Shown here one piece after another: positions 25,293-37,571 of a stretch of DNA of 64,000 nt. The notes under the pieces are model-generated. The model worked only from the letters and a program-made list of their open reading frames with translations. It did no database searches and was not told where the DNA came from. The position numbers and the translations under genes were made by a program. The DNA lies in NCBI GenBank assembly GCA_020248945.1, contig JADCGQ010000058.1, positions 19,189 through 83,188 on the forward strand, given 5' to 3'. Numbering within the stretch: position 1 is the stretch's first letter; every line of letters starts with the position of its first letter. This DNA comes from Rubrivivax sp. (lineage in GTDB: Bacteria; Pseudomonadota; Gammaproteobacteria; Burkholderiales; Burkholderiaceae_C).

Positions 25293-27341
25293 ATGAACAC
25301 ACCCCCTCTGCGGCGGCGCCACACCGCCTGCCTTGGCTTGCTGGCCCTGCTGGCGGCCTGCACCACCACCCCGCCCGAAGCCCCGGCGGAGACGCCGCTG
25401 CCACCGCCGCCGGCGCTGCGCGTGGAGGGCGCGCCAGCGCTCACGGCCTCGTCGGTGCAGGCGTTCCAGCGCTACGCCGACATCGTGGGGCATGCCTTCG
25501 TCGGCTGGCACCCCACGCAACGCGAGATGCTGGTGGCGCACCGCGCGCCGGGCAGCAGCACGCCGCAGCTGTTCCGCCTGCGCGGCCCGCTGGCGGCGCT
25601 GGAGCCGCTGACCAGCGGCCCCGAGCGCGTGACCGACGCCGAGTGGGAGCCCGAGCGCGGCCGCTACATCGTCTTCGAGCGCGACATCGGCGGCAACGAG
25701 GCCGCGCAGGTCTACCGGCTCGACCCCGACACCAAGGCCACCACGCGCCTGACGGCCTACGGCGAGCGCCACGCCATCGCCACCTGGCTGCCGCGGCAGC
25801 AGCGGCTGGTGGTGAGCTCGGTGCCGCTGGACCGCACCGCCGCCGGCGGCCGCCGCACCGAGGTGACGACGCGCTTCACCGCCATCGACCCGCTGGCGCC
25901 CGACGCCCCCGGCGGCCGCCGCGTGCTGGCCGAGCTGCCCGGCCCGGGCTGGTTCAACCTCGTCGTCACGCCCGACGAGCGCCAGGCCGTCATCACACGC
26001 TACATCGCGGCCACGCAGTCCGAGACCTGGCTGATCGATCTGCCGGCGGCCGGGCCAGCGACCGAAGGCAAACCAGCCGAGCGCCGCCGCCTGCTGCCCG
26101 CGCCCGGCGAGACGCTGCGCGCGGCGCACTTCGCCAGCGGCTGGTCGGCCGACGCGAAGCAGCTGTTCGTGGTGAGCGACCGCGCCAGCGAGTTCCGCGA
26201 AATGATGCGGCTCGACATGGCCACCGGCGCGCTGACGCGCCTGACGGGCCACATCCCCTGGGACGTGTCGCGCGGCGACGGCGACCCGGCGCTGCCGCTG
26301 CTGGCGGCGGCGATCAACGTCGACGGCCGTGACGAGCTGCGCTTCTTCGACCGCGACACCGGTGCCGAGCGCCGTGTGCCGGCGGTGCCACCGGGCAGCG
26401 TGGGCGAGTTGCGCTTCCACCGCAAGTCGGGCGAGCTGGCCGTGGTGACCGACAGCCCACAGGGCCCGTCGCAGATCCACGTGCTCGACCCCGCCAGCGG
26501 CCGCCTCGAGGCCTGGACGAAACCGCTCACGCCCGCGGGCCTGGACCTGAGCCAGGTGCCCGACCAGCAGATCGTGCGCTGGAAGAGCTTCGACGGCCGC
26601 ACCATCAGCGGCGTGCTCAGCCTGCCGCCGGCACGTTTTGCCGGCAAGCGGCCGGTGCTGATGCTGATGCACGGCGGCCCCGAGGCGCAGAGCAAGGTCG
26701 GCTGGAACGGCCGCCTGAACCACCTGCTGCTCGAGCGCGGCGTGGCCATCTTCGAGCCCAACGTGCGCGGCTCCAGCGGCTACGGCAAGACCTTCCTCGA
26801 CCTCGACAACGGCCGCCTGCGCGAAGACAGTGTGCGCGACATGGCCGCGGCCATCGACTGGACGGCCACGCACCCGCGGCTGGACGGCGCCAAGGTCATC
26901 GTGGCCGGTGGCAGCTACGGCGGCTACATGGCGCTGGCCGCGGCCACGCGACTGTCGGACAAGATCGCCGGCGCCTACAGCAGCGTCGGCATCAGCCACT
27001 TCGTCACCTTCCTCGAGAACACCGAGAGCTACCGCCGCGACCTGCGGCGTGCCGAGTACGGCGACGAGCGCGACCCTTCGATGCGCGAGTTCCTCAACGC
27101 CATCTCGCCGCTGACCAATGCCGAACAGGTGAAGAAGCCGCTGCTCATCACCCAGGGCAAGAACGACCCGCGTGTGCCCTGGACCGAGAGCGAGCAGATC
27201 GTGCGCAAGCTGCAGGCCCGTGGCGTGCCCGTGTGGTACCTGCTGGCCGAGAACGAAGGCCATGGCTTCGCGCGGCGCGAGAACGCCGACTACCAGTTCG
27301 CGACGCTGGTGCGCTTCGTCGAGGAGACGGTGCTGAAGTAG
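25293..27341 (+). CDS. S9 family serine peptidase (prolyl oligopeptidase/acylaminoacyl-peptidase-like) lipoprotein
   Basis: Lipobox LLALLAAC. A beta-propeller N-domain is followed by the catalytic GGSYGGYM, with C-terminal D and H (ENEGHGF). Confidence 0.85.
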   Translation: MNTPPLRRRHTACLGLLALLAACTTTPPEAPAETPLPPPPALRVEGAPALTASSVQAFQRYADIVGHAFVGWHPTQREMLVAHRAPGSSTPQLFRLRGPLAALEPLTSGPERVTDAEWEPERGRYIVFERDIGGNEAAQVYRLDPDTKATTRLTAYGERHAIATWLPRQQRLVVSSVPLDRTAAGGRRTEVTTRFTAIDPLAPDAPGGRRVLAELPGPGWFNLVVTPDERQAVITRYIAATQSETWLIDLPAAGPATEGKPAERRRLLPAPGETLRAAHFASGWSADAKQLFVVSDRASEFREMMRLDMATGALTRLTGHIPWDVSRGDGDPALPLLAAAINVDGRDELRFFDRDTGAERRVPAVPPGSVGELRFHRKSGELAVVTDSPQGPSQIHVLDPASGRLEAWTKPLTPAGLDLSQVPDQQIVRWKSFDGRTISGVLSLPPARFAGKRPVLMLMHGGPEAQSKVGWNGRLNHLLLERGVAIFEPNVRGSSGYGKTFLDLDNGRLREDSVRDMAAAIDWTATHPRLDGAKVIVAGGSYGGYMALAAATRLSDKIAGAYSSVGISHFVTFLENTESYRRDLRRAEYGDERDPSMREFLNAISPLTNAEQVKKPLLITQGKNDPRVPWTESEQIVRKLQARGVPVWYLLAENEGHGFARRENADYQFATLVRFVEETVLK

Positions 27342-27346
27342 CGCAG

Positions 27347-28318
27347 TCAGAACACCGCGTGCTCGCGGCGCTCGTCGGCGACCTCGCCGCGCAGCAGCGC
27401 AGCATAGTGCGCACGCAGCGTGTCGGTGCCGAACTCGGGCGTGGCGTCGGCGTCGTAGCGCCCGGTCTCGGTGTCCCACACCAGCATCGACTCGGTGGCG
27501 TAGTAGCGGCCGATGAGGGCCAGCTCGGCCTTGGCGCGCAGCGGCGGCAGTACCCGGCCCAACAACGCCAGCGTGGCGGCGATGGCGTCGAGCAGGCGCA
27601 CCGGCACGCGTTTCACCCGCAACTCGCGCCCGAGCAGTTGCGACAGCAGCGCCACCTGGTCCAGCGGCGTCAGCGCCGGCCCCGGGCCGCCGATGGGCAG
27701 CACTCGGTCGTGGCGTGTGGGGTCGTCGATGCAGTCGGCCAGAAAGCTCGCAAGGTCGCGGTCGCTGATCGGCTTGCAGGCCGTCAGCCGGCCGTCGCCG
27801 AACACGAGAAAGGGCTTGCCGGCGCGCACCCGCGCCAGCTGCCCCGACAGCGACTTGAAAAAGGCCGTCGGCCGCACGATCGACCAGCGCAGGCCCGAGG
27901 CTCGCAGCTCGGCCTCGAAGGCCAGCTTGGCCTGCTGGAAGGCGAGCCGGGGCTTCTGCACGCACAGCGCCGACAGCAGCACCACCTGCTGCACGCCATG
28001 CGCGCGCAGCAGCGCCAGGGCCTCGCTGTGGGCGCGGTGGTCCACGCGCCAGGCGTCGGCCGGCTCACCGGTGCGCGAGGCCAGGCAGGACACCCAGACA
28101 TCGAAGCGCTCGCCGGCGAGGGCGTCGCGCGCCAGCGCGGCCGCATCCAGCACATCGGCTTCGCGCACCGTGGCCGCTGCGGGCAGCGCGGCTGTTCCCG
28201 CCTTCGCCGCCGAGCCGGGCCGCACCACCGCCACGACCTCGAAACCGCGCTGCAGCAGCGCCTGCACGGTGGCGCGGCCGATGGTGCCGGTGGCGCCAGT
28301 GACGAGCACGCGCTTCAT
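27347..28318 (-). CDS. NAD(P)H-binding atypical SDR (NmrA/DVR-like)
   Basis: MKRVLVTGATGTIGRATVQALLQRGFEV forms a Rossmann motif. Confidence 0.8.
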   Translation of the reverse strand: MKRVLVTGATGTIGRATVQALLQRGFEVVAVVRPGSAAKAGTAALPAAATVREADVLDAAALARDALAGERFDVWVSCLASRTGEPADAWRVDHRAHSEALALLRAHGVQQVVLLSALCVQKPRLAFQQAKLAFEAELRASGLRWSIVRPTAFFKSLSGQLARVRAGKPFLVFGDGRLTACKPISDRDLASFLADCIDDPTRHDRVLPIGGPGPALTPLDQVALLSQLLGRELRVKRVPVRLLDAIAATLALLGRVLPPLRAKAELALIGRYYATESMLVWDTETGRYDADATPEFGTDTLRAHYAALLRGEVADERREHAVF

Positions 28319-28344
28319 CGTCTGGCCCTCGGGCTCACCCGCAC

Positions 28345-29349
28345 TCACACCACGCGCTCCACCGACACCGCATGCCGCGGCCGCCCTTCCGACTCGAAGA
28401 CATCGAGGTTGTCGATCGTGATGTCGGCGATCGCCGTCAGCGCCTCTTCGGTGAAGAAGCCCTGGTGGCCGGTGATGACGACGTTCGGAAACGTCAACAG
28501 CCGCGCAAAGACATCGTCGCGCAGCACCACGCTGCTCAAGTCGCGGAAGAACAGGTCACCTTCCTCCTCGTACACGTCGAGGCCCAGGCTGCCCAGGTGC
28601 CCGGTCTTGAGCGCGCGGATCACGGCGCGCGTGTCGACGACGCCGCCACGGCTGGTGTTGACGAGCATCGCGCCGCGCTTCATCTGCGCCAGCGCAGCCG
28701 CGTCGATGAGGTGGTGGGTGTCGGGCGTGAGCGGGCAGTGCAGGCTGACGATGTCGCTGGCGGCCAGCAGCTCGGGCAGCGGCACGTAGCGCGCACCGAG
28801 GGCGATGCAGGCCGGGTCTTCGTCGGGTGCGTGCGCCAGCAAGTGGCAGCCGAAGCCGGCCATGATGCGCGCGAAGGCGCTGCCGATCTGCCCGGTGCCC
28901 ACCAGGCCCACGGTGCGGCCGACGAGGTCGAAGCCGAGCAGGCCGTCGAGCGAGAAGTTGCCTTCACGCACGCGGGCATAGGCCTTGTGGATCTTGCGGT
29001 TCAGCGCCAGCACCAGCGCCGCGGTGTGCTCGGCCACGGCGTGGGGCGAATACGCCGGCACGCGCCCCACCGCGATGCCCAGCGCCGCGGCCGCGGCCAG
29101 GTCGACATGGTTGAACCCCGCCGAGCGCAGCACCACCAGGCGCACGCCGCGGGCCTGCAGCGCGCGCAGCACCTCGGCGTCGAGCCGGTCGTTGACGAAG
29201 GCGCACACGGCGTCGGCAGCGCCGGCGGCCGGCACGGTGCTCAGGTCGAGCCGGGCCTCGAGGTAGTCCAAGCGGTGCCGGCCAGCCGCGTTGGCGCGGT
29301 CGAGGAACTCGCGGTCGTAGCGGCGGGTGCTGTAGACGGCAACGTGCAT
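28345..29349 (-). CDS. ldhA: D-lactate dehydrogenase (2-hydroxyacid dehydrogenase family)
   Basis: Collinear with E. coli LdhA as I remember it: MHVAVYSTRRYD, RSAGFNHVDL, VPAYSPHAVAEH, GTGQIG, SLHCPLTP and NTSRGG. Confidence 0.9.
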   Translation of the reverse strand: MHVAVYSTRRYDREFLDRANAAGRHRLDYLEARLDLSTVPAAGAADAVCAFVNDRLDAEVLRALQARGVRLVVLRSAGFNHVDLAAAAALGIAVGRVPAYSPHAVAEHTAALVLALNRKIHKAYARVREGNFSLDGLLGFDLVGRTVGLVGTGQIGSAFARIMAGFGCHLLAHAPDEDPACIALGARYVPLPELLAASDIVSLHCPLTPDTHHLIDAAALAQMKRGAMLVNTSRGGVVDTRAVIRALKTGHLGSLGLDVYEEEGDLFFRDLSSVVLRDDVFARLLTFPNVVITGHQGFFTEEALTAIADITIDNLDVFESEGRPRHAVSVERVV

Positions 29350-29508
29350 GAGCAGGCTTTCGGTGGCGGCATCCCGCACCGTAGCACGCCCCCCGCGGCC
29401 CGGGGGTGCGGGCCCAGGTGGCATCGCCGCACGGTCACCAGGCTGTCACGGCACCGACACAAACCGCGGCGACCATCCCAGATCACCTTTCACGGCAGCG
29501 TCACACCC

Positions 29509-30999
29509 ATGTCTTCCTTCCGCCACAGCCTGCTCGCCCTGGCCACCGCCACCACGCTGGCGATGCCCGCCGCCGCCGCGCCGCTCGACAGCGCGAGCCT
29601 GCTGTGGACGCAGACGCACACCGGCGTGCCCGGCGGCTTCCTGTCCGAGATCGTCAGCTTCGAATCGGCCAGCCGCACCCTGTGGGTGACGGGCCCGAAC
29701 GGCGTCGACGTGCTCGATGCCCTCACCGGCGTCAGCCAGGGCTTCATCAACACCACGGCCTTTGGCGGCCTGAACAGCATCGCCATCCACGGCAACATCG
29801 CCGCGCTGGCCTTCGACAACAGCAGCGACCGCCGCCTGCCCGGCCTGGTGGTGCTGTACGACACCACCACGCGCGCGCCGCTGGCCGGCACGAGCCCGAT
29901 CACCGTGGGCGCGCTTCCCGACATGCTGACGTTCACGCCCGACGGCCGCAAGCTGCTGGTGGCCAACGAAGGCACGCCGAATGCCGTGCCCGACACCGCC
30001 TACGGGTTCCCCGACCCGGTGGGCAGCGTCAGCATCATCGACGTGGCCTCGCGCCGCGTCGTCGCCATGCCGGTGTTCGGCGGCGTCACCCCCACGGCCA
30101 GCAACATGGGCCTGAACGTGCGCCAGCCGGGCATGGACTGGGAGCCCGAGTACATCGCCATCAGCCCCGACGGCAGCCGCGCCTTCGTCGGCCTGCAGGA
30201 GAACAACGCGCTCGGCATCATCGACCTGGCCACGAACAGCACCCTCGCCGTGGTGGGTCTGGGCAGCAAGGACCACAGCCTGGCCGGCAATGAAATCGAC
30301 CCGCGCGACAACGCCAGCATCGGCTTTGTCAACGTGCCGGTGCGCGGCCTGTACATGCCCGACGCGATGGCCACCTACAGCGTGGGCGGCCAGACCTACG
30401 TGGTGATGGCCAACGAGGGCGACTTCCGCGAGGACAACGCCGACCGCGTGGCGCTGGGCGGCAGCGGCGTCGAGTCGCGTCTGCGCGTCACGGCCGATGG
30501 CCGCTTCGCCACCGGCGCACGCTCGTTCTCGATCCGCGACGCCAACGGCGACCTGGTCTACGACAGCGGCTCCATCCTCGACCGCGCCGCCGCCGACGCC
30601 GGCATCTACGACGACGGCCGCAGCCGCGACAAGGGCGTCGAGCCCGAGGGCGTGGCGCTGCTGGCCATCGGCGACCGCACCTACGCCTTCATCGGCCTGG
30701 AGCGCACGCTGTCGGGCGCCACCGCGGTGTTCGACATCACCGACCCGACCAACGCCAGCTTCGTGCGGCTGCTCGTGACCGACGGCACCGGCGGCTTCAG
30801 CCGCCTGCTGCGCCCCGAAGGCCTGACGGCCTTCAGCATCGACGGCGTGAACTACCTGGCCGTGGCCAACGAAGGGGCCGACGGCGTGAGCGCCGGCACC
30901 GCGCTGTGGCAGCTGACGCCGGTGCCCGAGCCGGGCACCTGGGCGATGCTGCTGGCCGGCCTGGCGGTGGTGGCGGGCGTGGTGCGCCGGCGCGCTTGA
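29509..30999 (+). CDS. secreted beta-propeller protein (choice-of-anchor-I-like) with C-terminal PEP-CTERM sorting signal
   Basis: Signal peptide MSSFRHSLLALATATTLAMPAAA. Repeated ...GVEPEG/..EPEYIA propeller motifs. The C-terminus VPEPGTWAMLLAGLAVVAGVVRRRA is a PEP-CTERM signal. The true ATG is at 29509, inside a longer track ORF. Confidence 0.8.
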   Translation: MSSFRHSLLALATATTLAMPAAAAPLDSASLLWTQTHTGVPGGFLSEIVSFESASRTLWVTGPNGVDVLDALTGVSQGFINTTAFGGLNSIAIHGNIAALAFDNSSDRRLPGLVVLYDTTTRAPLAGTSPITVGALPDMLTFTPDGRKLLVANEGTPNAVPDTAYGFPDPVGSVSIIDVASRRVVAMPVFGGVTPTASNMGLNVRQPGMDWEPEYIAISPDGSRAFVGLQENNALGIIDLATNSTLAVVGLGSKDHSLAGNEIDPRDNASIGFVNVPVRGLYMPDAMATYSVGGQTYVVMANEGDFREDNADRVALGGSGVESRLRVTADGRFATGARSFSIRDANGDLVYDSGSILDRAAADAGIYDDGRSRDKGVEPEGVALLAIGDRTYAFIGLERTLSGATAVFDITDPTNASFVRLLVTDGTGGFSRLLRPEGLTAFSIDGVNYLAVANEGADGVSAGTALWQLTPVPEPGTWAMLLAGLAVVAGVVRRRA

Positions 31000-31017
31000 G
31001 TCCGGCTCAGGGGCTGA

Positions 31018-32103
31018 TCACGCCCTGAGCAGGCCCTGCTCGAGCAGGGAACGCGCGCAGTCGAGGATGCTGTCTTCCACGGCCCGCGTCTGCCAGCCCA
31101 GGCGCTCGCGCGCATGCGAGGCGTCGTGGTGTCGCACGGTGCCCAGTTCGGTGGCCACGGCGCGCGCCACGCTGCTGAAGGGCGCCGCCAGCCGCATCAG
31201 CCAGTCGGCCACAGTTCGCGTGGGCACCCGCGCGGCCTGCGGGCCGAGCGCGGCACGCAGCACGCCGGCCACCTCGATCATCTTCATGAATCGGCCCGAG
31301 GCGATGAAGCGCTCACCGGCCAGGCCGGGCGTGACGAGGGCACGCCAGTGCAGGTCGGCCACGTCGCGCACGTCGACGATGCCGAAGCCGATGTCGGGGC
31401 AGGCGCGCACGCGGCCGTCGAGCAGCATCTTCACCAGCACCACCGAGGCCGAGTAGTCGCCGCTCCACACCGGGCCGAGCACGACCGAAGGGTTGATGGT
31501 GCACAGCTCGAGGCCGCCGCCTTCGGCCGCCACCCAGTCGCGGGCCGCACGCTCGGCGATGGTCTTGGAGCGGATGTAGGGCGTGAGGCCGGGCTGGCTG
31601 AGCTGCGTCCAGTCGGCCTCGGTGTAGCGGCGTTCGCCAGAGCCATGGCCATCTCTTCCATGACCATACGCCACGGCGGCCACCGAAGACGTCATCACCA
31701 CGCGCTGCGCACCGGCATCGCGGGCGGCCCGCAGGGCACGCCGCGCGCCGTCGCGGGCCGGCACGATCAGCTCGTCGGCGTTCTTGGGCACGCCACGCGG
31801 CAGCGGCGAGGCCAGATGCGCCACGAGGCCGCAGCCGGCGGCGGCCTCGGCCCAGCCGGCATCGGCGGTGAGGTCGGCCTCGAAGACACGCAGGCGCTCG
31901 CCGGCGGCGGCCGGCGCGCCGGCCGCCGCGTGGGCCTGCAGCAGCGCCCGCAGCGACGCCTCGCGCGAGCGACTGCGCACCGTGGTGTGCACGGTGCAGC
32001 CCTCGGCCAGCAGTCGCTGGATCAGGAAGCCGGCGATGTAGCCGCTTCCGCCCGTCACGAGAACCGGGCGCGCGGGCGGGGCCGCGGCCGCGGGGCGCAT
32101 CAT
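31018..32103 (-). CDS. NAD-dependent epimerase/dehydratase-family reductase (extended SDR)
   Basis: Contains VLVTGGSGYIAGFLIQRLL, and YIRSK (YxxxK). Confidence 0.8.
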   Translation of the reverse strand: MMRPAAAAPPARPVLVTGGSGYIAGFLIQRLLAEGCTVHTTVRSRSREASLRALLQAHAAAGAPAAAGERLRVFEADLTADAGWAEAAAGCGLVAHLASPLPRGVPKNADELIVPARDGARRALRAARDAGAQRVVMTSSVAAVAYGHGRDGHGSGERRYTEADWTQLSQPGLTPYIRSKTIAERAARDWVAAEGGGLELCTINPSVVLGPVWSGDYSASVVLVKMLLDGRVRACPDIGFGIVDVRDVADLHWRALVTPGLAGERFIASGRFMKMIEVAGVLRAALGPQAARVPTRTVADWLMRLAAPFSSVARAVATELGTVRHHDASHARERLGWQTRAVEDSILDCARSLLEQGLLRA

Positions 32104-32113
32104 GGGCAGCCGC

Positions 32114-34117
32114 TCAGCGCCGCGTCACGCGCAAGGCCGGCGGCGTGAGCAGGCCGTTGCCCTTGAGCACCTTGGGGTTGCCCGCCGAGGCGATGCTCAC
32201 CACGTACTGGCTGCGCGTGGGCGCCTGGTTGGCGATGAACGAGAAGCGGAACATCGTGCCCCAGTTCAGCGCGTTGCCGGCCGGCGCCACCCAGGTGAGG
32301 CTGCCGGAGCGCACGCTGCCGGTCCAGTCGTTGGCCGCATCGAGATCGCCGTCGCCGAACTTCAGGTCGGTGACGGTGGCCGAGCCGACCGGGAAGCTGA
32401 AGCCGTTGAGGCCCAGGTTGCTGACGACCCGCAGGTTGGGCTCGGCCCCGGTGGTGACGGCGCGCGCGAAGTCGAGGTTCATCACCGCGTAGTCATAGCG
32501 CCAGCGGCCGCCGCCCAGCGCCGTGACCTTGCCCGCGACCTTGACCGTGCCTTCGGGCGTGGTGAGCGTCTGGGTCGAAGCGTTCGCGCCGGGCGCTGCC
32601 GGGTCGACCCAGCGGTCGATGGCGGGGCCGAGGCGGAACTGGTCGTTGCCGCCCACCGCCCACACGGTGCCCGGGCGCGAGAAGGTCACGCGCTTGGTGC
32701 CCACAGAGTTGAGGATGTCGATGTCCTGGCGCGCCAGGTACCAGGACTCGAACAGGTAGGTGGCACCCTCGTGGGCGGCACCGCTGAACTGCGACTCGCG
32801 CACGATGAGGCGCTGACCGTAGGAGCCGTTGCTCGTGGAGTTGGCGATGCCGTCGCAGTTGACGTCGTAGATCGAGCCGCAGCGGCCCCACTGGTTGGTG
32901 GCCGGGATGATCTCCGAGCGCGGGCCCAGGTCGTTGGGGCTGTCGTTGTTGCCGACGCCATAGACGTCGGCGCAGCCGCGACCCAGGATGTGGGAGTCGC
33001 CCGGGTTCTCGTCGCAGGAGGTGTTGATGGTCAGAAACCCGTGCTTCACGCCCGAGCGGCCGATCTGGTCCATCGTGCCGTCGACGTTGAGGCGGTACAG
33101 GTTCCAGATCAGGTAGGGATGCTGGTCGTTGTTGTAGGGCGCGAAGTTGCCGGTGAACTTCTGGTGCCAGGGGATGTCGGCCGTGTACAGCGCGCTGCTG
33201 GTGCCGCGCGGGTCGCCCGGCACCACCACGACGGGCGTGCCGTTGTTGCGGTTGTTGCGCAGCGTCGACGAGGGCGTGAACACCACCTGGCCGTTGCCGC
33301 CGGCGCCGGTGCAACCATCGCAGCGGCTGTACTGCGCGCTGAAGGTCGTCATGAACAGGTCGGCCAGGTAGGTGGCGCCCGGCACGCCGGGCACCGGCGT
33401 GCCGTGCCACTTGCGGGCGATGACGCCCTGCGGCGCGGCATCGGCACCCTGGCGCTGCACGTCGGTGGTCATCTCCATGTCGGCGATGGCCATGTCGGCC
33501 ACCTCGGGTGCACCCAGGCGGCGAGCCAGCGCGGGCGTGATGCGCACGTCCATGGTGCGCACCGCCAGGCGGCTGTTGCCGTCGATCAGCTCGTACATCA
33601 GGCGGTCGATGTAGAACCAGGCGGTGCCGTCGGCACTGACGAGGTCCAGCACCGGTGCTTCGCCCGCTGCGCGCTGCGCACGCGGCACGAGCTGGAAGTT
33701 CGTGAGGTCGATGCGGCCCGAGGCCGACTCGAGCACATGCCCGCCGCTGGCCTGCAGCGCACCACCGACGAAGCCGCGGAGGTTGTTGTTGCGGACGTCG
33801 AACTCGAGGCTGCCGACGTTCTGCAGGCTGAACATCTCGTGCTGCCGCCAGCTCAGCTCGGCATGGCGACCGACGGTGGCGCCGAAGCTCAGCCCGAGAT
33901 CGGCGGCCAGCTCGCGGTTCCAGCGGATGCCCACGGTGCCGCCCCAGGCGGACCAGTGCTGCGCCTTCTCGGCGCTGGGCGCCACGGCAGCCTTGCCGGC
34001 GGGCGCCTTGGCCACAGGGCCGGCCGCCAGTGCGGCGCACGCCAGCGGCAGCGCCAGGATCATCGCCAAGGGCCGTGCGAGCCGCCGAGTGCGCTGCGCC
34101 AATCGATTCGATGCCAT
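32114..34117 (-). CDS. 667-aa secreted protein of unknown function
   Basis: AGGAGG lies 7 nt before ATG 34117. The signal peptide is MASNRLAQRTRRLARPLAMILALPLACAALA. Codon bias is high-GC3 throughout. Several Cys pairs are present. I recognise no domain. Confidence 0.75.
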   Translation of the reverse strand: MASNRLAQRTRRLARPLAMILALPLACAALAAGPVAKAPAGKAAVAPSAEKAQHWSAWGGTVGIRWNRELAADLGLSFGATVGRHAELSWRQHEMFSLQNVGSLEFDVRNNNLRGFVGGALQASGGHVLESASGRIDLTNFQLVPRAQRAAGEAPVLDLVSADGTAWFYIDRLMYELIDGNSRLAVRTMDVRITPALARRLGAPEVADMAIADMEMTTDVQRQGADAAPQGVIARKWHGTPVPGVPGATYLADLFMTTFSAQYSRCDGCTGAGGNGQVVFTPSSTLRNNRNNGTPVVVVPGDPRGTSSALYTADIPWHQKFTGNFAPYNNDQHPYLIWNLYRLNVDGTMDQIGRSGVKHGFLTINTSCDENPGDSHILGRGCADVYGVGNNDSPNDLGPRSEIIPATNQWGRCGSIYDVNCDGIANSTSNGSYGQRLIVRESQFSGAAHEGATYLFESWYLARQDIDILNSVGTKRVTFSRPGTVWAVGGNDQFRLGPAIDRWVDPAAPGANASTQTLTTPEGTVKVAGKVTALGGGRWRYDYAVMNLDFARAVTTGAEPNLRVVSNLGLNGFSFPVGSATVTDLKFGDGDLDAANDWTGSVRSGSLTWVAPAGNALNWGTMFRFSFIANQAPTRSQYVVSIASAGNPKVLKGNGLLTPPALRVTRR

Positions 34118-34285
34118 CAAGAAACCTCCTGCCATGTACTGGACTTGTGATGCGGTGCGCGCGGCTGGTGCAAGTTCGGGGCCGAGCAGACGCACCTGCG
34201 CTCCGAGCCTAGGCTTCCGCCGCGATTTGGGTACCCCAGGGCAGCCCTGATGCAGGGGAGGCACCTCGGCCCGCCCCTCGGGTGA

Positions 34286-36616
<2,331 letters not shown>

Positions 36617-36652
36617 GCGGCCGCCGGATGCGAGCCCGGGCGGCAGAATCAG

Positions 36653-37489
36653 GTGATGGACCTGCACGCCATCCCGGTGCGCCGCATGGGCTTCGCCCGG
36701 CCCGACCCCGCCATGTTCCACCCGCTGTACATCGGCGGCAACTCGGCGCTGTCGTACACGCACAGCGCCATGGGGCTGTATGCGGAGCACATGGAGCCGT
36801 TCCTGGTGAAGTCGGTGCGGCGGGTGATGGACCGCATCACCGACGCCCCGCTGCGCGACAGCGTCGACCGCTTCTGCCGCCAGGAAGCGCAGCACTACCA
36901 GCACCACACCGACTTCAACAAGGTCATCCTCGGCCACGGTTACCCGGGTCTGGCCGAGCGCGTGCAGCGCCTGAAGGCCGACTTCGACGGCTTCCTGGCC
37001 GAACGCGACGACGCCTTCCGCATCGGCTTTGCCGAAGGCTTCGAGAGCTACACCACGCAGTCGGCGCTGCACGCGCTGAAGGTGGGCTGGTACGACAACG
37101 AGTTCACCCTCGAGCCCTGGGGCCAGCTCTTCAAGTGGCACATGGTCGAGGAGATCGAGCACCGCGCGGTGGCGCACGACCTGTACCAGCACCTGTTCGG
37201 CACCGGCCTCGCAAGCTGGCCGCACCGCGCCGCGATGTGCGGGGTCGCGCAGCGCCACATCCACCGCTTCATCGGCGACGTGATGAACCTGATGTCGGCG
37301 GTGGACATCCCGCGCCACGGCCCGCGCTGCCGCATCACGCCGAAGGCCCGCTTCTGGATGGCCGTGGCGCCGATGGGCATGCGGCTGCGCACGATGCGGC
37401 CGGGCTACTCGCCGGCCGATCTGGAGGTGCCGGCCTTCGTCGGCCACTTCGGCGCCGATTTCAGCCGGCGCGCCGACGCGGTGAGCTGA
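36653..37489 (+). CDS. predicted metal-dependent hydrolase (PF10118-like; uncertain)
   Basis: Contains FCRQEAQHYQHH...EEIEHRAVAHDLY His/Glu clusters. The family call is from memory. Confidence 0.65.
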   Translation: MMDLHAIPVRRMGFARPDPAMFHPLYIGGNSALSYTHSAMGLYAEHMEPFLVKSVRRVMDRITDAPLRDSVDRFCRQEAQHYQHHTDFNKVILGHGYPGLAERVQRLKADFDGFLAERDDAFRIGFAEGFESYTTQSALHALKVGWYDNEFTLEPWGQLFKWHMVEEIEHRAVAHDLYQHLFGTGLASWPHRAAMCGVAQRHIHRFIGDVMNLMSAVDIPRHGPRCRITPKARFWMAVAPMGMRLRTMRPGYSPADLEVPAFVGHFGADFSRRADAVS

Positions 37490-37571
37490 TGCCCTGGTGA
37501 ATCTGTCACGGGCTCGAGCGCCCGATGTGTCGCCGATACTTGCGCCGACACAACAAGAACAGAGACCGGGA

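Noticed and set aside
28372-29508. A 379-aa N-terminal extension of the PEP-CTERM protein ORF. The same kind of extension occurs in other ORFs: 21974-24043, 23932-24711, 47125-48312, 49041-49595, 45529-46908 and 58068-59807.
   Set aside because: The extensions overlap oppositely oriented or preceding real genes and are low-complexity. Internal ATGs preceded by an SD, or overlapping the previous stop, give canonical N-termini or signal peptides, so the genes were trimmed to those starts.
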